Source of the DNA: Okamejei kenojei
Taxonomy: Eukaryota
Direction: 5' to 3'
DNA: 64,000 nt
Assembly (NCBI GenBank): GCA_035221665.1
Contig: CM069146.1
Location: 10,230,001 to 10,294,000, forward strand
This document shows positions 1 through 13,440 of the stretch, one piece after another. The position numbers and the translations under genes are program-made. Numbering within the stretch: position 1 is the first letter of the stretch; every line of letters starts with the position of its first letter. Under the pieces are notes generated by a model. The model had not been told where the DNA came from. It saw only the letters and a list, made by a program, of their open reading frames with translations, and ran no database searches.

Positions 1-205
1 GGAGGGCAGAATAGAATCTAAAGCATTGTAACAGCAGCACTCTCCCCAACACGAAACACGGCGCAGCGTAAACAATTAAACCGCTTCCCTTTTAAAAGCA
101 AAGACACACGTTAAACTACATGGCCCCAAGAAATTGCCTCTCAATTGCTTCGGGGTTGGAATTGCAATATATATAATATGTATATACATATTATACTACA
201 AATAC

Positions 206-206
<1 letters not shown>

Positions 207-247
<41 letters not shown>
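207..247. repeat. (TA)n microsatellite
   Basis: Direct observation. Confidence 0.95.
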
Positions 248-248
<1 letters not shown>

Positions 249-249
<1 letters not shown>

Positions 250-468
250 AGAGTGGTGAATCTGTGGAATTCTCTGCCGAATCTGTGGAATTCTCTGCCA
301 CAAAGGCCAGTTCATTGGCTATATTTAAGAGAGAGTTAGATGTGGCCCTTGTGGCTAAATGGATCAGGGGGAATGGAGAGAAGGCAGGTACAGGATACTG
401 AGTTGGATGATCAGCCATGATCATATTGAATGGCGGTGCAGGCTCGAAGGGCCAAATGACCTACTCCT
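249..468 (+). mobile_element. CR1/HER1-type LINE 3' end
   Basis: RVVNLWNSLPQ plus the GATCAGCCATGATCATATTGAATGGCGGTG tail, cut by the gap. Confidence 0.85.
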
Positions 469-620
469 NNNNNNNNNNNNNNNNNNNNNNNNNNNNNNNN
501 NNNNNNNNNNNNNNNNNNNNNNNNNNNNNNNNNNNNNNNNNNNNNNNNNNNNNNNNNNNNNNNNNNNNNNNNNNNNNNNNNNNNNNNNNNNNNNNNNNNN
601 NNNNNNNNNNNNNNNNNNNN
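469..620. other. Assembly gap (152 N)
   Basis: Direct observation. Confidence 1.
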
Positions 621-900
621 GTATATATACTTTGCGTGGTTCCTGGGTTGCCTACTGCTGGGTAACTCCGCGAAATATCATCCCCCTGCATTTCAAATCT
701 AAATCTCTCGCCAATCCACAGCCTTCGACCAATTAACTAAAAATGTTGTTCTTTTTTAAGACCAAAACAAAATAGTTCTTGCGAATTCCAAGTTCCCGAG
801 TTTGGGGAGGGGGGGGGGGGGGGGGAGTTGGCTAGTCGGTGAAAATACAGCTCCAGCTGGAATAAAAGAAGAGATAAAACAAAAACACTAAAAGCAAATA

Positions 901-1410
901 GTGGGTACACAAAAGGCTGGAGAAACTCAGCGGGACAGGCAGCATCTAAGGAGCGAAGGAGATAGGCGACGTTTCGGGTTGAGACCCTTCTTCGGACTGG
1001 TGTTTGGGAAACGTGGATTAGGTTTGTTTTCGGGGGGGTGGAGGGGGGAATACATTTGCCTTTTTCTCTGATTTCATATAATGAATGCATGTTGACACAC
1101 AAAACACAAAGAAGGGGGGATTGCGTTTAGGTCTGAGGCGAAGGGAGCCAAGAAGTTCTCGATTTTCCCTGGCGATAGTTTCACTTTTTTTGCATTTTTC
1201 CTTCCCTCCTGCCGCCTGTCCCGCTGAGTTACTCCAGCTTTTCGTGTCAAAGTCGTCTTGTTCAATCTCATTTCATTGCAACTTTCAGCTCTGGATACCC
1301 CGCGTTGATCAGCGCGTATTTCAGCATTTATATTTCTCAAGCCTCTTTACCTCCCGGAGCCACATGTAACTTAACCACATGTAATTACTCCAGCATTTTG
1401 TGTTTTTCTT
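901..1410. mobile_element. Degraded PLE terminal-repeat copies in inverted arrangement
   Basis: Minus copy 905-1000 with a mutated hammerhead core (CCGAAGA); plus remnants 1205-1250 and 1385-1405. Confidence 0.6.
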
Positions 1411-1448
1411 TGGTTCAGTCTTTACTCGAGCGAACAAACAGATTATAA

Positions 1449-1737
1449 GAAAGTTCCCACGGTAGACTCATGAGACACTAAGGTCAACGCACGGGCCCCA
1501 ATGTTATTGCAACGAGTTTAAATGTTTCCATTTTTAACTTGAACAGTTAATTTGACTTGTGGAAAAAATCAAACATGTTTGATTTTTTTCACGAGTTAAC
1601 AAGTTTCCCGAGTACCTGCCGTTAGCGCCACGAGTCAATAAGTTGCTCGTGCGAGTTCCGACGTTCCCGCTACGTGATCGCCACGAGTGAAAACTCCGGG
1701 TCACTCGTGGGCCAACTCGCACCGTGAGACAGGGGTT
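1449..1737. mobile_element. Harbinger-type MITE with a degraded left end (CTCG/CGAG subfamily)
   Basis: Right end CCGTGAGACAGGGGTT|TAA; palindrome AAAAAATCAAACATGTTTGATTTTTT at about 1563-1588; many ACGAG/CTCG repeats. Confidence 0.6.
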
Positions 1738-4364
1738 TAAGCTCAAAAAATGCCATTACTTCTAGAACAGACTCATTATATGATTCACAAAAGAATCTCA
1801 ATGCTTTTCATGCACTAATAAGTTTACTCGTTTTGTTTGATAACATGAACTGAATAGCAGTAAAACCTCTGCAACTCAATCAAAGGAAACATGGTTAAGA
1901 TGACATTTAGATCACATATAGGAAAAATAATCATCTAAAATATGCAAAGATTTTTTCCCATACATTTAACGATAAAACAAACTACAATGAAAGCATCAGC
2001 TCTTCAAGAAGATGTTACATTTGAGAGAGGCGCAGGCTGGCAACAGATTAATGCCGGAGAACAACATACAGATTATGTAATGATCTTAAATGTTTGTTGG
2101 GTCTTTCAAAACAAATCAAAATAAGCAGAAAGCACCAATTATATAAAATGTGCATAATTGATCTACAGTTTTCAGGTTGGCTCATTTTGTTGTTTGGTGA
2201 CAGACCCCTTTAAAGTGTCTCCACTTTGATATTAAAATTGGAACCATTGGTTGTCCACGAAACCTTGTGCTAAATTTTAATCGCCCTGATCAGTAGCCTT
2301 ACAAACCCTTATTATCACCCAAGCTTCAAGAAACCACATGCTGACTTAAACCTGGGTGTTGGACTTACTAATTGGTCAATATCTATTTTTCTGCAGTGGT
2401 GTGTTTACTGGGGTGTCATGAGATATTTAATTGGCTGACTTGTTACGAGCAAATAAAAAGACAGCTAAAGAAAGCTTGTTGGTACACTGTACCAAGTTAT
2501 ATTACTACAGGAATAGGTATCATCAAACAATAAGCATGCAGCATAATTGAAACAAGTGATCAAATTGGTTGAGAAACAGTTGTTTTTAAGGAAGTTCACA
2601 ATGCTAAAATAGTATGTGGGAATTCTTATATTTCTAAACAAACTTGGAAATGCACAATGTAATCTAACCCCAGCCAGCAAGAGCCATGACCAATATCACA
2701 ATACTTCCCATAGTGCAATATCAAGTGTTGTCCATGTCACACTAACCTGGGAATACATTGCCTTTCCTTTATCACCACTATATAAAATTTAACAGCAGAG
2801 TAAATCAACCTTCATACCAGGACCATTACCATTCTAGAAAATACCCTATAAACACCTCTTAAAGGCAACTATAAAAACTTCTATTGCCCGAGTGCAGACT
2901 TCTAGTTACTTTTTTTTTCTGGGTGCTCCAGTTTCTTCCCACATCCCAAAGACGTGTGAGGTTGCGGGTTAATTGGCACCTGTAAAATTGCCCATAATGT
3001 GCGGGGAGTGGATGAGAAAGTGGGGTAACATCGAACTAGCGTGTAAACGGGAGGTTGATGGTGAGCATGGACACGGTGGCCAAAGTGCCCGTTCCCTTAC
3101 TGCATCTCTAAACTAATCTTAACTAAACTAATCACAGGCTCTTTATTGATGGCAAAATTGGTTTATCCTAACAAAGAGCTTACAACCATGTTCATCACAT
3201 TTTTTAAAAGTACTTGGATGCTTACAAGAAAAGCCAAAAGCCCAAAGTGCTAGTGCTAAAACCTGGGGTTATAGTGGATAGATTCTTGTTTGGATGAGAT
3301 GAATGTCTGCCTTCTGCATCATTATTTTTTATCTGATTCTACAAGCGCCCTACCCCTGAATTTCATTTCCACCTATAAATGTTTCCAAAATAGTTTAATG
3401 GTGCTTGGAGCTTCAAATAACATTTTTCCCCCACATAAAAAAGAACAGAAAATGCTGGAAACATTCAGCAGATCAGGCAGCATCTGTAAAGAGATAAATA
3501 GAGTTGATGTTTCAGATCAAAGATCTTTTGTTGGAACGAGTAAGGGTCAGAAATTGAGCCTATGGCAGCCTAAATGTGTTCGTAGAAGTCCTAAAATCAT
3601 AAATATGAACTGTGGCCATTTCCTGCTCTCACAAATAAGCTTGAAATTACCTGCCAGCTATTTCTATCTCTAACTGGTTATAATTCTCTTGCCTTCTATT
3701 GAGGTATTTCATGGTTACATCCTTACAGGAAAATAAAATAAAAATTTTGCAATCATTCCGAATAAATGACTCCCCCATCTTCCCGTGCCTGGACTCCCAT
3801 TTGCCTCGTCATTCCCACCTGCGTCTTGATGCATCTGTGACTACAGAGAACAAGATCCAAATCTCCAGAAAATGTAATTAATATCCTGCATGCTTCACAG
3901 GGATTCAGAGAATAATGGCATAGTCCCATGAAAGCAATGGTAATAGGCTTGAGGTGTCCTTGAGGACTGACTGTGACTCATAAACACTTGTTTCTATTTA
4001 TTCTATTCCAAGTAACATACTACATACAGTTCATGGTCCAGTGAGCAGCAGTAATCTCTGCAAATGTGTATGTGTTTGAGACCAGGACCACCAACAAGTC
4101 TTTCAAAGCACTGGAAAAACTTTAGGTATCCGGTATCGGTATTTGGTATTGTCACATGTATTGAGATACAATGGAAAAAACTGTTCTGCATGCTATTCAG
4201 GCAAATCAAACCATTCATGAGTGCAATAGATTGTGTAAAGTCAGAATACACCTTTGCAGCTGCTGTGAAAGTGCAGATATAAAAAAATTGCAGGGGCTAC
4301 AATCAGGAGCTTATTCCACCAAATCCTTCCTATTCTTTGAAAGGTTAACCAAACTCATGTGACT

Positions 4365-5222
4365 TGGAGTTAGCACTCATCTCTGCAACTGGATCCTTTA
4401 CTTCCTGACCAACAGACCCAAATCAGTGAAGATGGGGGACAAATCATTCTCTATGATAATCCTCCAGAGAGCAGTCCTGAACTACTATCTACGTATCTCA
4501 TCGGGGACCCTTGCACTGTCTTTGATCGGACTTTACTGGCTTTACCTTGCACAAAACGTTATTCCCTTATCGTGTATCTGTACACTCTGAATGGCTCAAT
4601 TGTACTAATGTATTGTCTTTCTGCTGGCTAGTTAAAACTGTACATCAGTACACATGACAATTGCAATTTGAGGAAGGACATTCTTGCTATTGAGGGAGTG
4701 CAGCGTAGGTTTACAAGGTTAATTCCCGGGAAGGCGGGACTGTCATATGCTGAGAGAATGGAGCAGCTGGGCTTGTACACTCTGGAGTTTAGAAGGATGA
4801 GAGGGGATCTCATTGAAACATATAAGATTGTTAAGGGCTTGTACACGCTAGAGGCCAGAAACATGTTCCCGATGTTGGGGGAGTCCAGAACCAGGGACCA
4901 CAGTTTAAGAATAATGAGTAAGCCATTTAGAACAGAGATGAGGAAACACTTTTTCTCACAGAGAGTGGTGAGTCTGTGGAATTCTCTGCCTCAGAGGCCG
5001 GTGGAAGCAGGTTCTCTGGATGCTTTCAAGAGAGAGCTAGATAGGGCTCTTAAAAATAGCGGAGTCAGGGGATATGGGGAGAAGGCAGGAACAGGGTACT
5101 GATTGGGGATGATCAGCCATGTTCACATTGAATGGCGGTGCTGGCTCGAAGGGCCGAATGGCCTACTCCTGCACCTATTATCTATTGTCTATTGACAATA
5201 AACTAAACTGAAACTGAAACTG
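4365..5222 (+). mobile_element. Rex1/Babar-type LINE remnant interrupted by a CR1 insertion
   Basis: LCNWILYFLTNRPKSVKMG RT motif at 4382-4438; 3' tail ...CACATGACAAT[CR1]AAACTAAACTGAAACTG. Confidence 0.65.
4662..5192 (+). mobile_element. CR1/HER1-type LINE 3' end (young)
   Basis: Open 144-aa ORF2 C-terminus (EGVQRRFTRLIPG...RVVSLWNSLPQ); conserved 3' UTR; TSD TGACAAT. Confidence 0.92.
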
Positions 5223-5280
5223 TTGGTGCTTGTTCCTAGGCAAATACCCTTAATATAAGCCCGATAAGCCCAATATAAAC

Positions 5281-5847
5281 CAGTACAGGGCCCTGGTGAG
5301 ACTGCACCTGGAGTATTGTGTGCAATTTTGGTCTCCTAATTTGAGGAAGGACATTCTTGCTATTGAGGGAGTGCAGCGTAGGTTCACCACGTTAATTCCC
5401 AGGATGGCGGGACTGATGTATGATAAAAGAATGAGTTGACTGGGCTTGTATTCGCTGGAATTTAGAAGGAAGAGAGGCGATCTTATAGAAACATATAAAA
5501 TTCTTAGAGGATTGGACAGGGTAGATGCAGGAAAATTGTTCCCGATGTTAGAGGGGTCCAGAACCAGGGGTCACAGTTTAAAAATAAGGGTTAGGCCATT
5601 TAGGACTGAGATGAGGAAAAAGATTTTCAGCCAGAGTTGTGAATCTGTGGAATTCTCTGCCACAGAAGGCAGTGGAGGCCAATTCACTGGATGTTTACAA
5701 GAGAGAGTTAGATTTAGTTCTTAGGGCTAAGGGAATCAAGGGATATGGGGGAAAAAGCCGGAATGGGGTTCTGATTTTGGATGATCAGCTATGATCATAT
5801 TGAATGGCAGTGCTCGCTCCTGCACCTATTTTCTATGTTTCTATGAT
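5281..5847 (+). mobile_element. CR1/HER1-type LINE 3' end
   Basis: ORF2 C-terminal homology and (TTTCTATG)n tail. Confidence 0.9.
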
Positions 5848-7459
5848 TTTCACTCAATCGTCCAGGTCAGGCTGGCTACCAAAACCAGACTCTGGAACCA
5901 CATACCCCATGAGCTCTATTATGGGGAGAGATTACCAGATGAACAGAGCAATAGATTCAAGGATGTGAGGAAATACAACATTCCCACTGACTCCTGGCAA
6001 ACTCAAGCTCACAACCATTCACAGTGGACAAGGTGCATTTGGAATGGTATTGAGAGCAACTGGGCCCACAACATGCATACACAAAGCCCTGCATAAGCAG
6101 CAGAAATAGTGCCCCACCTCACCACTCCCCATTTGACCGACCCAATCCTACTTTAGCCTAATTTGCAATTTCACACCCCACAAATCCAGAGTGAGCGTAC
6201 TGTCGGTCATCCTTGATACTGAATGGCTGCCAAGGAAGACCAAGAGACATAGATTCTTCCATTTTTGAGGCATTTCTTCACTTTTCCATCCCACCTCAAT
6301 GCTTCTCCCTCGGTGGCAAGAATCATACCGTTCATTTAGAATCATCTCCCAAACATGAGAACAGAACAAAGTCAGTAATGGGATAGATGCAGAACGATGT
6401 GCATGGGTTCACTCAATCTGAAATCTGCCGTGGAAACAGAATTGTTTTCAAAGTCTCCGGATAGCACGAAGTATAATTTAACAGTAATGGATTTTCAGAT
6501 TTTTGAGGGAAGAGCAAAATACAATAATGCCTGACCATTGCATCTTCCTGGCTTCACCTTCTCCATGCTATTCAAAAACAGATAATGAAAAGAACCGTTA
6601 ATCTCTTCCCTCATCTCATTCGTTAAATTATTACCATTTGGGGAGCATATTGTTATTTTTCACGCATTATGCAACACATCCGATCTATCTATGCTAACAT
6701 ACTACCATTCTGACCATATCATTGAGATTTTGAGAAGCTTCGTCTAAATCTCCTTGAATTTGTTATTATGTACCAATTTACATACCACCCCATTTCCACA
6801 ACCAACTTCTACTTCTCATTAGCTAGAAAACATCCTCATAATTATAGAAAAGCTCTGTTGCATTCACATTAAAATGCTAATCAATAATTTAAAAGGAATT
6901 AGCAGTGTTGAAATGGCACCTTCTGCATTTGGAAACTTATTGGAAGGAAGCCAGGGAAGAAAATGCCACAACGCTGCAAGTTTTCTAACCCATAACTTGG
7001 TGGATTTAGAAAAAAGTTTCCTTGCCTTTTTACAGATAATTGCAACACAGAGTTGCAGGGTTGTATTATAAGAACTAAATGCAGGTCGTTGACCTGTTTT
7101 TTTTAAAAAGAAAAATAGTTAAGTAAATATTGCAGATTTGTTGCTTTTTGCAACTCAATAATGTTTTGTGGAAATTTAACAAGCCTTAATTTTACAAGCA
7201 ATAGCATATCCTACACACTCTTTAGATGGCAAATGAAAGAACTGTAAATATTGATGTATATTGAAATCTCATTATCTCCATAATTTCTTTCTTTCCTCAG
7301 TTTACATGTATCCCTTTACTTGCAAAATGATTTCACATAATCATATATGGATCAATGTGGGTTTGACTGAGGCGCAAAGATTTTTTAAAAACTGCATGGT
7401 TTATCCTGCAAAATTAATTGAAACGCTGTGCTCAGCTGGAAGTCGACTTAATGTATGAT

Positions 7460-7795
7460 AAACTGCTCCATTCCCATTTCATTGACTCCCATAGCAATCT
7501 AGACCACACTTCTTCAAACCCTGCTTCCTGTAAAGACTATATACTCTACTCCCAATTCCTCTGTCTACGCCGCATCTGCACCCAGGATGAGGTGTTCCAT
7601 ACCAGGACATCCAAGATGACATCATTCTTCAGGGAACGGGAGTGCCCCTCTTCCATTATAGATGAGGCCCTCACTATCTCCTCGATATACCACAGCTCTG
7701 CTCTTGCTCCCCCTCCCCCCATTCGTACCAGGGACCGAGTCCCCCTAGTCCTCACCTTTTACACCATCAGCCGTCGCATACAGCACATAATCCCT
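7460..7795 (+). mobile_element. Penelope-like element RT C-terminal/linker fragment
   Basis: DSHSNLDHTSSNPASCKDYILYSQFLCLRRIC...DRVPLVLTF resembles the PLE RT thumb motif (S.HP...K.SIPYSQF.RLRRIC). Confidence 0.8.
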
Positions 7796-7824
7796 ATTCC
7801 CTGCATACCAAATGACTACCCAAA

Positions 7825-9430
7825 AGTCTCTTAAATGCCACAATCGTATGTGCCTCTGCCACCACGCCGAGCAGTGCGTTTTAGTCATGCAATACCCTTG
7901 TGTAAAAAAACTTGTCCTGCTCATTTCCTTTAAACTTTGTCCCTCTCACCATAAAGCTATGCCCTTTAGTATTTGATTTTCCAAAGCTGGGAGAAAGGTT
8001 CTGACTGTCTATCCTATTTATGCCAGTTTTTAATTTATATATTTCTATCGGATTTCCCTGCAACTCATTGACTCAGCATGCCAGTGAAAACTATCCATGT
8101 TTGCCCAACTATTCCCTGTAGCTAATAGCCCCTAATCCAGATATAATTCTGCTAACCCTCTTCTGCAGCCTTCCCAAATCCACCACTTACCTTCCTGTAA
8201 CGGGCTGACCAGACCCACATACAATACTCCAAACGCGACCTACCAAAGTCTTGTAAAGCTGTACCATGGCCTCCTGACTCTTAAACTCAATGCCCGAAAG
8301 CAAGCATGGCATATGCCTTCTTTACCTCTCTATCTATTTGTGCTGCCACTATCAGGGATTATGGACTTGGACCCGAAGATCCCGCTGTTCACCAATGCTG
8401 TTGAGGGTCTTACCATTAATTGTATATAGTCCCCTTACATTTGACCTTCCAAAGTGCAACACCTCACACTTGATCTGATTAAAGCCTATCTGCCTTTGCC
8501 CATTTCTGTAGTTGATCTATATCCTGCTGAATAATATGACAGCCTTCCTCACAGTTAGTAACCACATAAATCTTGGTGTCTTCTGCAAACTCAGCAGCCA
8601 ACCCATCTATGTTTACGTCCATAGATGGACACAAAATGTTGGAGTAACTCAGCGGGACAGGCAGCATCTCTGGATAGAGGAATGGGTGACGTTTCGGGTC
8701 GAGACCCTTCTTCAGTCTGAGAGAAGCTGCCTGTACCGCTGAGTTACTCCAGCATTTTGTGTCCATCAGCGTAAACCAGCATCAGCGTAAACCAGCATCT
8801 GCAGTTCCTTCCTACATATTATGTGTACATCCAAATCAATCATATATATACAAACAGCAGAGGTCCTAGCACATATCCCTACAAAACCCCCAGGATGAAT
8901 ATCATCCTTCCAACACAACCCTTTGTCTTCTATCTACAAACCAGTTCTGTATCCATAAAAAAAAAGTCACTGTTAATCTTGTGCATCTGAATCCTCAGAA
9001 TCAGGCTATGACAGGGGACTTTATCAAATGCCTTACTAAAATCCGTGTAGATAACATCCACTGACCTACCCTCCTCGATCATCTTTGTAATTTCCTCAAA
9101 AAGCTTGATCAACTTGGTAAAATACAGTTCCCTACCACTGACAAGGTTGCTCACCCCAGCCTATAATTTCCTGGATTTTCGCTACCGACTCTCTTAAATA
9201 AAGGAACAACATTAGCTCCTCTCCAGTCCTCTGCATTAGTGACTAGATAAATGCAAAGATCTTCGTCAAGGCTCTTGCAATGCTCAATAACCTGGGATAG
9301 ATCCCAGCAGCTCCTGGGTATTTATCCAGCTTAATGTTCTGCAATAGCCCCAACACCTCCTCATTCTCAATAACAAACTGTTCTTGTACATTAGTATTCT
9401 CCACAGTGATATCACTGTCTTCCCTCTCCC
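7825..9430 (-). mobile_element. Older CR1 LINE ORF2 fragment
   Basis: Minus-strand peptides VDVIYTDFSKAFDKVP, FAEDTKI, LQQDIDQLQKWA-like. Confidence 0.8.
8622..8819. mobile_element. PLE-derived insert with inverted arms and an intact hammerhead core (minus strand 8688-8715), nested in an old CR1
   Basis: About 42-bp inverted repeat around CTGAAGAAGGGTCTCGACCCGAAACGTC; TSD-like TATGTTTACGTCCA / TATGTGTACATCCA. Confidence 0.8.
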
Positions 9431-11129
9431 CAGGCTTGGTGCAAACAGATACAAAATGCCCATCAGTACAATTACTCCTTTAGTACCTCAAGTGCTCATT
9501 TAGTGCCTCTTTTGTGCTGGGATAATGTTTTATCTCAGAGCCCAACTTTCCATTATTCTCTTGGATTAGTTTTCATACATGCAGTAGACATTAACTGTTG
9601 GTGCCATTATATTCTAGCTGGGAACCAATGGGGCATTCCTGATCTGGTGTATTTGGTTCTGTTTATAGTGTCAAACCTCAAGAAAGATACTGAAAGGGCA
9701 GCAACACTGTCATCAGGCCAAAATAATGATTTAAAGGGTTACATTATGGGAGTACATTACCTCGGCTTGGTTTTGTATTCCCTTAAATTCAGATAGATGG
9801 TAAAATGAGCTCTTTCAAGTGCTTAAATGATTTAATCAGGTCGCTACAGGAAACCATTTCATTTGATGAGGAGGCCTGTAAGAAAATATAATCTTGAAAT
9901 TAAAGCTGAACCTCTTAAAAGGGAAATTTGGCAGCTGTTCTTTACGTGTCTGGGCAGTGGAAATCTAGAATTATTTCCCACAAATGACTGCGATCAGAGA
10001 ATCAATCAAAATTGGAAAATCGCAATTGCCGCTCGTTCATGTGGTGAATATCATAAATGCAGTAATGATGAGTAAATTAATGCATGGTTCAGCCATTATC
10101 TCACCTCCTGACGAAACAGATTGAAGGACTAAATGATCCATTCCTTTATCAATGTGTGCTAATTCAGCCGATAACCCAAGGCATTCTAAATTATTTCTGC
10201 ATCAATACCTGTAATTTTTTATGAGATGATAACGATTACTTAATTGCTCAGTGTCCAGTGTCCGATACTGTACACGGCTATAAACACGGGGTTTACGTAT
10301 CCAGGCCTCTTTCGATGCCATTCTAAGATACAGAGTCAGGATCTTTTGCATCCCAGGGGATGTCTGGAACTGGACGTCAGAGAGGTGAACCATTCAAAGG
10401 AGATCTGAAGGGTAAGCTTTACACAAAGAAGTTGTTTGTTACTTGGTACAAGCTCCCAGAAGAAGTGTTAACAGCAGGAACCATTACAACATTTAAAAAT
10501 CATTTTGACAGGCGACTTACATATGAAAGGCTTGGAACGATGAGATCCAAATGTAGGCAAGTGATTAGAGTACACGGGCATTATGGTCAGTATGGATGGG
10601 GTGGGCCTATATGCTTGATTTTCTGCTATACGAATCCGTGATTCTAGTAATGTGTAACTAAAATCATCTATAAAACTAAAAATTCTTTTTGGAAAAATTC
10701 TTATTCCAAAGATAGTGTAACAAGTTCCTCACATCAACTAGAACACAATATTACTGAAGGTATTGCATCGCCATCATGAAACACTAAAATGTTCAACTTG
10801 ACCGCTGGAATATATTGTACTGATCAATAAATTACCAACGGTGTGAAGGGAACCGGCAACATGTCCAAACGCTCATTGTTATGTCCAAAATAACCCATGG
10901 TGGATTGCTGCCCACATGCTCTAGTGACAATGACCCACATATGGGCCAAGGAAACAGATTATTCCATTAACTTAGTCATGAAATCACTACTGAATGCATT
11001 TGCCTCTCAGTCAAGAGGACAACATTCCACGTAATTCCAAAAGCAAGTAGCAGCCAGCACATCCTGATTGTCATTAAACTACAAGACGAACAAAAAAACA
11101 ATGGGTCCATTAACTGAGAAAAACCAGAA

Positions 11130-11742
11130 AGGGCCTGTCCCACTTAGGCGATTTTTTTGGCGACTGCTGGCGACTGTCAGTCACCGAAAAAGCGGCAACT
11201 GGACCACCCGCTACGACAATATCTACGACAAGCTACGGCGACCTACCACCTAGTCGACATCAAGCTACCGACAACCGGTGACCCATTAAGACGTCCACCT
11301 ACGACCACCCCTACGACAACCTACGACCACACAGGCGACAACCGAAGTCAACCTACGTCCACCCGCAATAAGCTACGACGAGCAACAACCCTGTCAGCGA
11401 CAACTGAAGTCAATTCAGTTGCCGGTACCTGTCGCCAGTTGACGTAGGTAGTCGCAGATCGGACGCACCATAGTCAGCACCCGGCGACAACCAACGACAC
11501 CTGGCAACAACCTGCCTCATCCTGGCGACAGCACCTACGACAGGAGAAGACAAGTTGCGTTAGCCCACAGTCACCAAAAAGTTTTGAACATTTCAAAGTC
11601 CAGCGGCGACCAGAAAAACGTTACGACTCTTTAGGCGACTTGAGGAGACTACTCACCACCATACGACCAAGTGTCGCGTCACCCCACGACCAAGTGTCGC
11701 CGAAACATGTCACCGAAATATCGCCTAAGTGGGACAGGGGCT
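11130..11742. mobile_element. PIF/Harbinger-type MITE (CGAC-repeat subfamily)
   Basis: TIRs AGGGCCTGTCCCACTTAGGCGA / TCGCCTAAGTGGGACAGGGGCT; dense internal (G/TA)CGAC repeats; flanks GAA/TTA, so the TSD is imperfect. Confidence 0.8.
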
Positions 11743-11811
11743 TTACAGTTCACTTTAAGACACATGGTTATTGTTTTTACTTTGTTACTTCCACCGTGGA
11801 CTTAATTCAGA

Positions 11812-13440
11812 ATAAAAGGACGTACCTTTAGGAAGGATTTAAGGAGGAATTTATTTGGTCAGAGTGTGGTGAATCTATGAAATTCATCGCCACAGAAAGC
11901 TGTGGAGGCCAAGTCAATAGATAGTTTTAAGGCAGAGATACCGTGATAGATTATTGATTAGTATGGGTGTCAGGGGTAGTGGGGAGAAGGCAGGATAATA
12001 GGGTTGATGGGGAAAGATGGATCAGCCTTGATTGAATGACAGAGTAAACTTGAAGGGCCAAATGGCTTAATTTTGCTCCTATCACTTATGAACTTATGAA
12101 GGGAGTTGGACAAACTTGGATTGTTTTTTCAGGAGCTGTCAGAGGTTGCGAAACAACCTGATAGAACTTTATAAAATGTTGAGCGGCAAGGAGAGGTGCA
12201 TGGTCAGAATTTCTTTCTAACGGTGGAAATATCAAATATGTGAGAGGGCATTGCTTTAAAATGAGAGGGGGAAAGTTTAAAGAAGAGGATATTCCTGGGC
12301 GATTGGCCAGTGAGGAATATGCGGAACTGAGAAATAAGATGGGGGTGATGAGTTTGATGGAAGTTTTCTGCAGGCCGCAGTGGGAATCAGAGGAGAAAAT
12401 ATCTCAGGAGATCACAGATAGGTGCAAGGATAATATGGTTGTAATAGTGGGGATTTTAACTCTCCATATATTGGCAGGATCTGCCACAGAGCCAAGGGCG
12501 TGGATGTAATGGAACTTGCTAGGTGTATTCAGGATTTTTTTTCCCCAATCAGTACGTAGATAGTGCTATGAGGACAGGGCAAAACTCAACTCCCTGTTGG
12601 GAAATGAAACAAGGCAGGTGACTGAAGTGTTACTGGGGGGCCACTTTGGAACCAGTGATCATAATTCTATTGGTTTTACAACAGTTATGGAAAAGGGTAG
12701 GACAGGTCCAGATGTTGAAGACCTAAACTGGGGTAAGCGCAATTTTAATGGTATAAGACAGGAACTTTTGAAACTTGATTGGTGCAGACAGTTTGCAGAT
12801 AAAGGGGTGTTTGGTAAATGGGAGGTTTTTAAACATGAGAGAGCAAGAGATTAGGGCCAGTATGTTCCTGTTAAAGTGAAGGGCAAGACTGGCTGGAGTA
12901 GGGAAACCTGGATGACAAGAGATATTGAGGCATGGGTCAAGAAAAACGGTGTTAGATATAGGCAAACTAGGATCAAGTGAATCCCATGAGGATTATAAGA
13001 GATGTAAAAGTTCACTTGAGGGAAATCAGGAAAGCGAAATTTGGACAAGGGACAGATTTGACAGATAAGGTAAAGACAAATCCACTGAGATTCTCCAAGT
13101 ATATTAACAAAAGAGTTAGGAGAGAATACGCTCCCTTAATGATCAACGCCAGTATCTACGTTGAGTCATATTTGGGCGTTTTTAAAATAATATTTCTCAT
13201 CTGTATTTACCGTGGAGATGCTAGTAAACACCAGGAAGTCTTGAAGAAAGTCCACATTACCGAAGAAAGAGGTGGTACTTGAGATCTTAAAATGAATATA
13301 GTTAGATATTCCCTGGGACATGATCAAGCATATCTCAGGACATTGTGTAAAGTTAAGGAAGAACTAGCAGAGTCCCCGGCATCATCAATGGCCAAGAATG
13401 TGGTGCAGGATGATTGGACAGTGGCAAATATTGTGCCTTT
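11812..13440 (+). mobile_element. Cluster of CR1 LINE fragments (3' end plus older endonuclease/tether region)
   Basis: HER1 tail 11812-12100; peptides HFGTSDHNSIGF, NPLRFSKYINK, DWTVANIVPFF. Confidence 0.8.

Noticed and set aside
660-1440. Unusual scrambled repeat copy with a long G run
   Set aside because: Adjacent to the assembly gap; may be low-quality contig-end sequence
11157-11540. CRISPR-like or Thr-rich coding repeat
   Set aside because: Irregular short motifs inside a MITE; no repeat-spacer periodicity; eukaryotic context
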